This document shows positions 48,412 to 61,351 of a stretch of DNA of 64,000 nt, in pieces (positions within the stretch are counted from its first letter, which is position 1; every line of letters starts with the position of its first letter). Where the stretch lies: positions 161,944,001 through 162,008,000 of the forward strand of contig NC_088792.1 of NCBI RefSeq assembly GCF_011386835.1, given 5' to 3'. The notes under the pieces were generated by a model that did not search any database, was not told the origin of the DNA, and saw only the letters and a list, made by a program, of their open reading frames with translations. A program made the translations under genes and the position numbers. This stretch comes from Chrysemys picta bellii. Its lineage: Eukaryota.

Positions 48412-50829
48412 CTACCGTAAGATTAGCACTATGGGATACAGCTCGCATGCAGAGTTGCAGGAAAGAGATCTTTATTAAGCATGCTGAGAGGCCAGTGTTA
48501 CATGCCAGGGCTCTGGAGTCCATGTGCAAGCCTCCTGGTCCCAGCTTGCATTCATGAACCCCCTGGTGCCACCCCAAACTAGGTCTCTTCTGAAATCTGG
48601 CCCTGTTTCTTCAGTTCTGTTCATCATACGACAGCCACAGATGGGCTCCGGTGTCATCTAGACCTGCTCAGAGCAGAGTTGGATGAAACAGTGGTTAAAA
48701 TTCCAGCTGCTGTTCTACACTAGGAACCTCAGTGGTAACGGTTCCTCTGCTGGGCCCTCTACCTCTCTTGAAGTTCTGTCTTCATTCAGTCATGGTTCAC
48801 TGAGGGCAGCTTCCATTTCCGGAGTACCGGGCTGGGCAGCTGCACTGAGCCATTTCTGGGTCCTGGGACTGCCTGCTTGCTGGAAGTGCTGGTCCTGTGG
48901 GACTCACAGGCCCTTAATAGCTGCTCGTGGCCAGAGACTGGGTTGGCAGCAAGAGGAAACATGCACCTCTTCCCCTCCTGGGGCACCACTCGGGTGGGGT
49001 TCAGTGGGACTCTCTGCATTGTGCTTTACAGACATAAAAGACAGCTTCTTGCCCCCAACTAGCTCGCAATCTAAATAGATAGCATCCAGTCAGAAGGAGA
49101 GGAGCAGGTGTGGGGGAGAGCAGGGGGTGATCATGGACACGCACTCTTCTCAGCTCCCCCAATTGTATTCCTCAGCCTCTCCTCACTGCCCTGGTTCCAA
49201 ATGGCCCCTGGAGCACTCAGGCAGGCTGCAGCAGGTTGATGAAAGGCAGATAAAGGCTCTGTCTGAAAGTATCCAAGGAGAGAGCGGGGTAGGAAGGGGA
49301 AATATCATTTAAATAAGTTTGATTGATTTCCATGCACCTTTCCAAACTGCTGTAGGCAGAATATCAAGTCCCTTTCCTTCCCATCATACGTGCCATTCGG
49401 GACTGGGGTCTCTGTTCCCTTTTCCTTTAAAAAGATTAAAGCTGGAACAATTCCAGCCCAAAAGGGCAGGCCTCCCCTCCTCACAGCTCCCTTTCCCCTC
49501 CCCAGATACTCTTGTCCTTGGTTACCCTACCCAGAGAACTAGCTACAGGCAGTACAACACCAGTTTGCACAAAGGGTTTTTTTCTATTTCACTCCTGGTT
49601 ATTTCCTCACAAGGAAAAAATAAAAAAACCCTCATTGCCAGCTGCACCTCCCCCAGATTGTGAATGAACTTTCCCCTCTGAATGAACCCCCATCAGCCCC
49701 AGCGTCTCCTCGGCACATCTGATCTGAGGGTCTGGCTGTGACTCTGGGAGCCTTCCCCCACCTCCTTCTCTTTTCCATAGACCCCCTACGGGCATAAAAG
49801 CAACCTGGGAACACACATTTCTATAATACCACTCCCACACAGCCAAGTGAGATCAAAGCCCTCGTTGGGAATCAAAGCATGTGACAGGCAGGTGTCCATC
49901 CTTCTCGACAGGACCGCGATTAATCAAACAGCCTAACCCACAAGGAGATCAAACCAGGTCTCCCGCTGACTGTTGGTTAAAGTCTGCCTTCAAGTTGCCC
50001 TAATTAAAGTTTCCTTTCCTCTCTTGTTTTTATGCTGACTGCTGTCCCATGACTACCTCTCTCTTGCTCCCTAAAACAAAGGCTGCTGTAAACAGCTTTG
50101 GGCAGCCTTAATACCCTCGCTGGTTGGGCCCACAGATGCTAGTTCTTGCCTTTCTTCTTGTACCGCCACAAAATACAACACGACTGATGCATCCCTATCC
50201 CAAGCAGAGCTTTCCGTGGCCTGAAAAGAGAGATGAGACACACGCTCTGTAAAATCCACTAGGGTGTTGGCTTATTCCAGTCTCTTACGTGGAAGGCATT
50301 CAGATACCATGGTACCAAGCCCTTACGGCAGCCAGGATGGGGGACAACAGCCCTGTGACCAACTTTCCCATCTTTTGCCTAAGGCTCTCAAAGTGTCTTA
50401 AGGCACAATTAATTTACTGGACATCAGCATCCTTGTGTTATCATTATTCCCACTGTTTGGGGCAACCAAGACACAGAGAAGCGATGTGACTTGCCCAAAG
50501 TCACACCTGGCCAGTATGTGGAAGGGCTGGGAATGGAAGCCAGAGACTCATGTTCTCTGTATGCAACTTCCTCTCTGCTCTGTTAGCCCAGTTGTAGCTA
50601 AAGGACACTAAGCATTTCCATCAGGAACAATGGAACTAGTCCAAATCTTCCGGATTGCCATTTTTCAGTGTAATTGTTAGTTGCAATTTTGACCATAATC
50701 ACCCCAGCTCTCAAGGGTTAAAAAACAATGCTAAAAAGTTTCCCACTATTTTCTGATCTGCTTAGGAGCTACTCAGAAATTAATTTTGAATTTAGAAATT
50801 CTGATTAAAATGTTTGTCAGAAAAACACA

Positions 50830-51028
50830 GGGAGGGATAGCTCAATGGTTTGAGCATTGGCCTGCTAAACACAGGGTTGTGAGTCAATCCTTGAGGGGGC
50901 CACTTAGGGATCTGGGGCAAAATCAGTACTTGGTCCTGCTAGTGAAGGCAGGGGGCTGGGCTCGATGACCTTTTGGGGTCAGTTCTAGGAGATAGGTATA
51001 TCTCCATATATTATTATTATTTATTATT
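50830..51028 (+). mobile_element. Tortoise polIII/SINE (tRNA-Lys-derived head, CR1-derived tail; Cry-type)
   Basis: GGGAGGGATAGCTCAATGGTTTGAGCATTGGCCTGCTAAAC...GGTTGTGAGTCAATCC (A/B-box tRNA head), then GGGCTCGATGACC...GTTCTAGGAGATAGG and a (TAT)n tail. Confidence 0.85.
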
Positions 51029-51177
51029 AACCACCTGTCTGATCACCACCTGTTTCAGGAGCTATGGTAACAGGGCACAATTAAACAAGACTGTTTTCTT
51101 CTATTCCTTTTGTTTTGAGCTGGTTCTAGAGTTCTTCTGTTTTATTGTTGGTGGTTGTTGCGCTTAGAAGTTCAGGG

Positions 51178-51338
51178 CAGTGCTTAATTTGTGCCAGGGC
51201 TTGCTGGGGCTAAGCTCCAGCACCTCTGGGCCTGGCAGTTCAGAGCCCCGGCACCTCTGGCCTTGCTGCGTCAGTTGTGAAAGTAAAAAAAAAAGTTGCT
51301 TGAGCCTCACCACCTCTTTCATTAAAAATTAAGCATTG
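51178..51338. mobile_element. hAT MITE (CAGTGCTTAATTT TIR)
   Basis: CAGTGCTTAATTT / AAATTAAGCATTG with a putative TSD GTTCAGGG / GATCCGGG (6/8). Confidence 0.7.
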
Positions 51339-54300
51339 GATCCGGGCTCTGTTGTGACAAGTGCTATAAACATATATAACAAAAAGATTGTTCTAACTCT
51401 CATTAGACATCTAAATATTTTTTTTAATCTGGTCCAAAGAGTTTATCATCTCTGTAAACATGATCCAATGTGTCCTCTATGCTTCCATTGCTGTCCTGAA
51501 AACCAAATTATCTGTGTGTTTTGGCCATTATTATAATAATTATTTGGATTGTGATGATGTCTACCGGCCCTACTCGCAGACAGAGATCCCGTTGTGCTAT
51601 GCATTGTGTACACATGTAATTAAAAGAGAGTCCCTGGTCCAAAAAGCTGAGCTTGCAATGTGGTTTAGATAATTTCTAACCAGAACTAAGTCACATGAAC
51701 CACATTATACTGCATAAAGGGGCCACTTGCAATGAATGCTGGAGCCCTGACCCTTTGCTTCTTTCCCCAAAGCTCTGCAGAGTCTGAATTAGAACTGGTT
51801 GGGAAATGAGACATAGGAGTCATTGGAAATTTTTAAAATATTCCTTTTCTCAACGTTTTTCACATCAAAGTCAGTATTTCCCCATGTTTGACTGAAGGGA
51901 AAAAACCCTCAAAACTCAATAAAATTCATTTTTTCAAAACTGAAAATGGTAATTTTTTGCAGGGTTTTTGTTTGGTTTGTTGTTGGGGTTTTTATGTTTG
52001 TTTCTGCGTTGTTTTTTTAGCAGTGGGAAATGAAAACTGAGAAAACAAAAATTGGAAAGTGAAATTTTTTTAATTGGAAAAACTGGAAAAAAAAATTTAA
52101 AAATCCATATTTTTTTTTATTTTTGGAAAAGGCCACTTCCAATTAGAAAAACATTTTGAATGAAAAATTTTGCCCATCTAGTCAAAATCCCCTGACAGCC
52201 TCTGCAATTCCTGGTTCACCCAGTCCGCACTGCTAATTACACTCTGCAAGGAGGGCTGCAGAATCTTAAACCCCAAAGCGAAAGTTTGTCCTTTCTCTTT
52301 CTCCCGTGGATCTCAGACTGCTGCACATCACTGTAGTATCTCACCAAGAGCTGGTCAGGGAATTATTTTTTATTCCTGTGAAAACTATTGAGGAAAATGT
52401 GTGTGGGGGGGAGATCATTTCCATCACACACACAAAAAACTTTGACATTTTTTAGATTTTCATCAAAAATTCAGAAACCAAATCAAGCTTTACCCTCTCT
52501 GTTTTTGGCAACTGAAAACTATTTAAAAAAATTGAAATTTTCAGTTACCAGAAACAAGTTTTCTTTTTTGCTGTGAAAAAGGAAATTATTTTCACAAAAA
52601 TTTCTGTTTAATTGAGAATCCGTTTACAGTTGGGGAGAAAAAAACACTTTGATGGAAAATGTTCTTCCAGGTCTAATCTCATCGTGTGTGTGTGTGAGAG
52701 AGAAAGAGTATGGGCCCTAGTTTGGTTCCTCTCCCCTCCCTGCAGCAGAGCCAGTGGACCATTTATGAGCATCATTCCAAGCCATGCAACGCTCAGTGTT
52801 TTTTTTCTGGTTCTACCCTGAGCCCTGGGACAACTCAGTTCCAGCTGAGTTACAAAGGGAATCAGCCCTGAAACACAAGGGTGCAAGATGAAAAAACCCT
52901 AAACTGATCAACCTCGATGGGTCACAACCTCGATTCCCCACTTCTCACAAAGAGAGGAGCTCCACCCCACTGGACAACATCTCCTGTGTCCCTGCTGGGA
53001 GAAATCCACTCCCCTGCTTTTGAACTGTGGTTCTACCTGTGATGACTTCAAACCCCCCACTCGCTGGAAAGTTAGAACAGCCCATCCATCTTCTGTGGGA
53101 GTGGTGAATGCAGAACACAGGGTCGGCCCTGGAGCACTGACTCAGGTTAAGCACTTGAATGGGGGAAGTGGGGGGGTTACAAATTGTTCAACTGTCAGTG
53201 CAAGGTGTGATTGATTGTAATGAATGAGGGGTAAGACGTAGGCTTCAGCCACACCCACACTTTGACTCTGGCACCCTGACAAACCACCTTTCACAGCCTC
53301 TCAGTGACCTTTCTCCATTTCCCGGCTCACAGGCTATCAGTCAAACACTTGCCCCAAAGCTGACCTTTTTTCCATAGGAGTCTTTCTAAAACAGTGTTTC
53401 TTTCCACAAGAGGAATTTTATTAATACTGGCCAGGATGCAGTACTGCTCTCTCAAGCCCCTCCATCACATGCCAAGGAGAAAAGCCAGGTTTGGTGCCAA
53501 TTTCATTACAAGGGGCTTCTGAGAGACCCCTGGACTGATTGTAACTGGTTTAAACAGATAAATGCATAGATAAACATGTCTGTCCCTCACCAGCTTCCTC
53601 ACATGTATTTGTCAATTTACACAGCTGCTCTGAATTACCACTTTGAAGTTCCCCCTCTCTGTTTTTCTGGCTGACGGCTTCTTCGTGGGGCTTCTGGGGT
53701 CAGGGTGAGTGGACTTCAAAAAGGTTTGGAAGTCGGATTCAGATGAGCACCCAAAAGTTCAGGCGCTTCACAGTGTCTGGTCCGGAAATCAAACTGGAAT
53801 CTCTTGCAAAAAGCACGGGTGCATACTAGTTTGAATTTGGTTAGAAATATGGTAAAATAAAGCTTTGGCCCCATGGCTTGCAGATTGAGAAGTGACTTAT
53901 CATGTAGCCAGGTCTTGATCTGTTGTTGGCCTTGAAGATTAAGACCAAGGCTTTAAGACATGAAGGTTGGTTGAACCAGAAACTCAAAGCAAAACTCTAG
54001 CTAGGAGCCCTAGATGCACAAAGTCTGAAGGAAACATTCCATGAACCTTTTTGGAGCAAAGCAGCTTAGCTTTACTCAGCTCTGCTCCTGTGAGCCTCTT
54101 CTTGACTCACTGTGCCCTCCCCCCCTCCGCCCCCAAGTACACACAAACGGAGTCTGTTCCCTTCACTAGAGATGCAGCATCTTCTCACATGTCTCTGAAG
54201 ACACTAGAAATGGCCCCCACCCACAAAGTTCACGACTTTCCGAAAGGCCAGGGGTGTTTATGTGAAAACTCCCACCATCTGGGAGTCACTCAGGCGCTTC

Positions 54301-55874
54301 ACTGCCGTACCACTTGAGCTAAAGCAGTAACTCCATTAGCTAGCAGTAGTAGCAGGCTATTATCCGCTACATGGAGCAGTTAATAGAGTGGGATGCATTA
54401 AACATACACTTTGCAAGCGTGTTTCACCTGGATTCAGGGTGTTTGTTTGGAGTCCATCTCTTTTTTAAAATGTACAAGCAAAAAAATAAATGAATAATTG
54501 AGTATTATATTCTGTGTATGCCCAGCTTCTAGTCCAATGGGCCCCTGATCTTGATTGGGGGTTGCTAAGTTCTTCATAAACTGTAAAACGTTGTTACCTA
54601 CAAAGTGAGGATGAAATAGTCAGAGAAAAGTCTGTGAGCAAAACAAGCTGCTTTTGAGGGAGACACGGTTATCTACATAAGATGTTTTTATGTAAGAATC
54701 CATGGTAATACAAATAGTAATGATGGTGGTGGTGGTAATGCTACAAATAAGCTGTTAAGATTGGGATCTTATTCTAAACAAGAAAATAAATCTAAACCAT
54801 GGAGAATGCAGTGAAAATTAATATTGATTATTAGGAATAATGGTGAGGCTAGTAGGAATAGCATCATGATGGTCAAGGAGATTCCACTAGGGCCAGGTAG
54901 TAACCAGGGTTCTATTTCGTATTTATGTCAAAGCACATCCATCACTTAACTAAACCAGAGAAGTCATTAGCAAGTTACCAAATAAATAGAGTTCCGGGAG
55001 AGTGATTGTGTCAGTGAAGTGTGCCCCTCCTGGAATCCTTACCCACCTTAGTCCTTACACACACCACTGTGCCCCTGCTGTGCACTCACACACACCCCTC
55101 TTTGCCTCTCCCCTGCACATACACACAGCCCATTCTCTTCTGCATGCACACGCACCCATATACACATACTGCTACTCTCCCCCCTGCTCTTCACTGCAAA
55201 CTCCCCTTGGCCTGTCACAGATCCCACCGTGCCTTCCACGCCTCAGTCGGGCACCCAGCTTTTCGATGGCTAAGTTCTAGTGTTTCCTGACACCGAAGGA
55301 GACCTGAACATCTCTCTCTGTTTCCTGCTGACACTGCAATTCATACTGCACTGGGTTCTCTGGGAGACCACACAATGTGCCTGACGTGCCGTTTATACAA
55401 CACAATGAAATATGGAAAAGGCTTTCAAAACTCAGCATGTTGAGGCAGAAATCTATGGAAGATGTTTAATACTAATTCTATTAGGCATCTGAGTTAATGA
55501 ATCACAACTGTAAGAAATCATGATAATCCAGAAGGCATTAGTGACAGATTAGCTTCAAAGCTGCCATAAAAGTGCCATAATGCTTACCTAACGGCATGAT
55601 TAATACCAGCAATACACAATGGCATTATAAGGAATGGAGCTGCAGCCTGCTGTTCAACGGGGATCCCACTCTGACCATGGCCAAAAGATCACTGTGGTGA
55701 AGAACGGGGGTCTGTCTAAAGAACCTGTATGGTGCAGTGGGTAGGGCATGTGCCTCTGAAAAAAGACACCTACGTTTATTCTTGGCTCTGCCACTGATTT
55801 ATTGGGAGACCTTTAGCAAGTCACTTCCCCTCCTACCACATGTCTTGCCAATGTAGAGTGTATGTTCCTTAGGA

Positions 55875-56401
55875 CAGTGGTTCCCAACCTTTCCAGACTA
55901 CTGTACCCCTTTCAGGAGTCTGATTTGTTTTGCGTACCCCAAGTTTCACCTCACTTAACAACTACTTGCCTACAAAATCGGACATAAAAATACAAAAGTG
56001 TCGCAATGAACTGCTACTGAGAAACTGCTTGCTTTCTTCTTTTTACCATATCATTATAAAATAAATCGATTGGACTATGAATATCGTATTTACATTTCAG
56101 GGTGATACTTGAGCCTGTTTTTCATTTGTGAGCCTTGTCTGAAGCTGGAGCCCGGTTGGTGGAGCAGAAGACCAAGCCCCGCTGCCCAGGGCTGATGCGT
56201 GTAACTTAGCTTCGTGGGGGCCCCCTGTGGCATGGGAACGTTGGGAAATTGCCCTGCTTGCCACCTCCCAGGCACTTGCGACCCCCCTAAACCCATCCCA
56301 CAACCCCCAGGTTGAGAAACACTGATCTAGATGAGTTGAGTACCCTCTGCAAGACCTCTGCGTACCCCAGAGGTATATGTACCCCTGGTTGAGAACCGCT
56401 G
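55875..56401. mobile_element. hAT-Charlie-like non-autonomous element
   Basis: CAGTGGTTCCCAACC / GGTTGAGAACCGCTG with TSD CCTTAGGA / CCTTAGGG (7/8). Confidence 0.85.
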
Positions 56402-57327
56402 CCTTAGGGGGGACACTGTTTCTCACTATGTAGCTGTATAGCAAATGGTGCAATAGGGCCTCTAGGCGCTGTCGTAATACAACGCCAATAATCCTGCTCC
56501 TGCCGCCCACACGCCTTGCTCTGACTTGTGTGCCTGAGAGAAGTGGAATGAGGTGGTTTACGGGGTGGCTTGCCCCAAACAGAGAGCCAATGGATGAGGA
56601 TAGGAAGGCTCAGGGGATTGATAATGGGCTACACGCTTTCCTTCCTTTGGTTCAGAGTCCAACCTGGGATCTGTCCAGCTGGCAGCCTCTAGGCTGGAGG
56701 CCAAGGACTCAATAGGAAGCCTATGCAGCATTTTGGACTGAGTGGGCACGAGCCTCCCAGCCCAGGCCGACAGACTCAGGCTTGCCAGGCTCACACTAGA
56801 GCCCTAAACATGCCTGTGCAGGCAGCGCTTTGAAGTTGCTGCTCGGGCTGCAGCTTGGGCTCTGAAGCCCACCCTCTTCCCTGGGCTAGCATGAGCCCCA
56901 CAAGCCCACATCTGTCAACCTGGCATGGGAGGCTGTCTCCAAAATGCAGTGTGGACACACCCAAAGGGTTGTGGAGACTGAACTACCCACCACCACCCCT
57001 GTGGAGGCCTAGTGCCCACTGGCAGAGCCATATGAGGAGGCGGCGAAGTGTTTCTTGACAATGCACATGCAGTATCTGTTCTGAATAGAAACAGAGGACT
57101 TGCCTCTCCAGGGCTGCAAAGCAGCAGCTTCACCAGGATCAAATTCACTGCTCAAGAGCCCTATGGAAGGGGGACACAATCAGCTGTGGAAATGAGCAGA
57201 GATGCTGGCAGAGTCACCGACAGACTCGGGTTATATTTCCTTGAACTGATCCAGCCAAAGAATAGGGAGTGAAAACCACCAGACAGGAGCCAGAGGGCAA
57301 GGACTAGGAGAGAGAAGGGTAATTTCT

Positions 57328-57660
57328 CAGAATTGCCAACTCCAAGTATTCAGAAGGCATTAGTCAGGACCCCAAAAAAGTCATGAGATTGGCTTAAAAA
57401 TCATGCTTTTTATATAAAAAAAAACATTTTGGGGGCCTTTTTTATTTCCTTTCCTATTTCTGAGACTTTAGGGTGCACTTGAGTCACATTTTGAGGCATT
57501 TCTCTTCAGCCACGAGGGCTGGAATCCTACTGTCTTTTTTTTTAAATGAAACCTAAGATTCTCCCATAATTACTTTTCTCCAGGAACGGGCAGGGGGAGG
57601 GGAAGTAAAATATTAAATATTGTGAGACTCTCAATGAAATCATGAGAATTGGCCAACACG
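57328..57660. mobile_element. Degenerate hAT-Tip100-like MITE
   Basis: CAGAATTGCCAACT...TCATGAGA...TCATGAGAATTGGCCAAC termini and subterminal motifs. Confidence 0.5.
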
Positions 57661-60140
57661 TTTGTAAACGTCAAACTGAATGTCCAGTATTCACAGCTCA
57701 AAGCAACAATGCAGTTTGGAATCTGCTACTGGTGGGGAAGAAAGGGGGCAAAGAGCAAAGAAACAAGAACTTGTTTACATGGGGAGTTATTCCAGAATAG
57801 CTATTCCTGATTAGTATTCCCGATTGACTCTGTAGTGGATGCTTTTATTCCGGAATAAGAGTGCCTTATTCTGAATTTATTAACCCATTTGAAAATAAAT
57901 CTGGATTAAGGGAGGGTGTGACATTTAAAGTGGATTAATATTTTAATGGGTAATCAAGCCCTAAAATATGCCTTAAAGTCTGGTTGTCTAGTGGTTAGCT
58001 CTCTTCAGCATGGGGATTGCAGAGGCCTTGGATACAACTCCCTGTCCTGGTCTCTTTTTCTGGGGTACAGAGGCCGCATGGTCAGCTCCCATGGGACTGT
58101 GCAGACAGGGACCATGGGTGGGTGGGTCTTACGTCTCACCATTCACCTATGACCAATTAATGGAGCCTCAACAGCATCTCATCCAGTTTTCCCCCAGCTG
58201 GCTAGGACATGAGGCATTTGAGGATAGGTAACGGTGGTGATGAGGAAGGCCCTAGAATGGTGAAAACAGGTGAGGAGGGGGCCCCAGGAAGGATGCAGAA
58301 TACAGAGGCCACCGTCCTTCCCACTCAATGGACTGGTGTTTACTGGGGGCTGAGAGGGAGACATGGCCTCCAGCAGAAGGAAGGTGAATAGGAAAAGACC
58401 TGCCCCTGTGCAATATCATCCATGCTGTAGCAACATGCAATTAGGACAGGGTTCGAACTAAGCTCCAGAGCAGTGGTGAGAAGATAAAGCTGCTGCAGGT
58501 GAGTCTCTTAACCAAGGGTTAATTGGGCAGTGGGTGTGAGAGTATAAATAGGAAGCTCAGCAGCATAGAGAGCAGTATTAGTGCCGTGCTCTAGAGGAAA
58601 GAAGCTCGTCAGTACTGCCGTCCACTGAGGCGATAAAGCAGGGTAGGCTGAGTGTAATAGTAAATTCTCCTGAAAGTTCCACACTGAAGGCACTTTGGAA
58701 GTGGGATCACAGTTAGTAGCTCCTCAGTATCCTTCTAGATACTCCTGGCTTTCACGCTGTCGTGGGTGGCAAATCCCAAAGCCCTTCATGTAGCGTTGTT
58801 TCTTGTGGATAGGTTCTCAGGGCTAAACGTAGAAGTGTTTGTACTTATTAGCGCTCAAGGAGACAGTGAATTATACTGTAGTGGGGCCTGTGGCATTAGG
58901 CGTCGCCCATAGCTGATGACCCTGCTAGTTCCATGTGAGCTGTGAACTCTCGAATGAAATGCTGCTTGGCACTTATGACGTGATTCTTGATAAGTTCAAC
59001 TGCTAGTAACTGGTAACGTCTGTTCTCTCTTTCCCTTTACCTGAGTGTCTCTGGAAGAATCATTCTTAGGTGTAGCTTCTGCCTGCACCTAATCACCCCG
59101 CTAGCAAACAAAACATTATGTGGTGCTAAGACATTACAAGGGATGAGTTTGCAAAACATAAAGAAGTAGACACTTGAGAGGAGGCGTGGTTTGGACCCTG
59201 ACATCCCAACGCCGTTCTAGCCTATCCTATATTATTTTAATACACCCACCACTGTGCTGCAAACAAAGGCTCAATTACCCTCTCTGGATGTCTGGCCACC
59301 CCATTGGCAGACACAGCAGTCTTGAGTGGCAGAACTAACGTGGAACAAGTCGCTATTGAATGAAATTAGATGTCTCATTATGGCTTTTCAGGATTGCTTT
59401 TCTACATCTTTATTGCACAGGTTTTCTTAATTCTAGAATGGATGCCTGCCAAATTGTCTGTCAAATTACCTACTGGCAAATAAGTGGAGATTAGTTCATT
59501 TGAGTGCAGTCCTCTTACACTTGACTTATAGCCAAGCAAAATATGGGTTTAATCAAGGGAGAAATTGGACATGATGTTTCAATGACCATAGTACTGTTTT
59601 TACAGTGGAGACAGAGGGAGATGCAACCTTAAGGCAGAAACCTATAGACGAAGGTTGGTCAGACTGGCTAGAAAGAAATGAACAGAAATGAGGGCACACA
59701 GCCCATGGCTCCAAGGTTTCACTAGTTAAAGTCACTATGGTAGGAGCACACCAAGAAGCTTCACAAGCCTATATGCAGCAAATTGTTTTGTGTCTCATTT
59801 TTGCTCCACAGTGAAGTGTGATTGCATGGTTATCCTGCTTCCTTGCTTGTTACTGGGTAACGAGCAGACATTCGCTTGCTGGTTTACTGACTCCTATCTT
59901 GTTCATTTCAAAATGTGGCAAGAATCGCATGAATTTTGCTAGCTCCAGCTGTTTAATTACACACCTTGCAGATTTTTCTCTAAACAAAATTTTGATGCAA
60001 CTCCCCATATGGCTTAGAAGTCACATGCTGCAGATAATATAGTGCATTATTAATAATAGTGCTTTGGATTTGTATAGTAGTGCTCATTCCACAAGATCCT
60101 AAGTCATTTTACAAATTGTGAGCCAAATCCTCTGCAGGTG

Positions 60141-61351
60141 TAGGGTTACCATATTTCAGCGAGCAAAAAAGAGGACGGGAGGAGCCCCGCCCTAGCCCCG
60201 CCCCTGCCCCTCCCACTTCCCCCCCCCTGACCTCCCAACCCTCCCCCCGTTCCTTGTCCCCTGACTGCCCCCTCCTGGGACCCCTGCCCCTAACTGCCCC
60301 CCAGGACTATCTAAGCCTCCCTGCCTCTTGTCCCCTGACTGCCCCAACCTTTATCCACACCCCCACCCCCAGACAGACCCCTGGGACTCCCACGCCCCAT
60401 CCAACCACTCCCCACCCCCTGACAGCCCCACCCCCAGAACTCCCAACCCATCTAAACCCCTCTGCTCCCTGTCCCCTGACTGCTCCGATCCCCCTCCGCA
60501 CTCCTGCCCCCTGACAGCCCCCCCCAGAACTCCCAACCCATCTAAACCCCTCTGCTCCCTGTCCCCTGACTGCTCCGATCCCTCTCCCCACCCCTGCCCC
60601 CTGACAGCTCCCCCCCAGAACTCCCAGCCCCCTATCCCCCCCGCTCCTTGTCCCCTGACTGCCCCCTCCTGGGACCCCTGCTCCTAACTGCCCTCCAGAA
60701 CCCCACCCCCTACCTAAGACTCCCTGTTCCTTGTCCCCTAACTGCCCCCTCCTAAGACCCCCCCCAACTGCCCACCAGGACCCTACCCCCTACCTGTACC
60801 CTGACTGCCCAAAACTTTCTCCACTCCCCCCAAAAAGCCCCCCCCCGTTTCTTGACTGCCCCCTCCAGAACCTCCCTGCCCCTTCTCCTGCCCCCCCTTA
60901 CCCTGCTGCTCAGAACAGGGTGTTGGGCTCTGTGCGAGCCGGACACGTGGCTAAGCTCCCCAGCACAACAAAACCCGGTCCCTGGCCCTGCACAACAAAA
61001 CCCGGTCCCTGGTCCGGACCGGGTTGCAGGGGAGAGCTGCCCTTGTATCAGCACAAAGTGCTCTCGCTCCCGTTTTGCTACGCTGCATGGCAGAAACCGC
61101 TCCCAGTTGCAAAAGGGGAGGGCTGCACTTTGTGCTGAGACACTTGCTCAGAATGCAGGGCGGAGCTCCTCTCCAGCTGCTCCGGAGTCCAGCCCGGGAC
61201 TTTCCTGCAGCCCTCCCAGCCGCTCGCTCTGCTGTGCCGGGGGAGGGGGAAATCCCGGACATTGTGAGTGCTTTACAAATTCCGCCCGGATGCTATTTTT
61301 AGCACAAAAAGGAGGACATGTCCGGGTAAATCCGGACGAATGGTAACCCTA
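60141..61351. mobile_element. Young non-autonomous hAT (TAGGGTTACCAT TIR), 1.2 kb, C-rich tandem interior
   Basis: TAGGGTTACCAT / ATGGTAACCCTA with a perfect 8-bp TSD TGCAGGTG (60133-40 and 61352-59). It is inserted into a GCCAAATCC..GGATCTGGTCC MITE. Confidence 0.92.

Noticed and set aside
50830-50905. tRNA gene
   Set aside because: The tRNA-like head runs into a CR1-derived tail and (TAT)n and has no proper acceptor stem, so it is a SINE.
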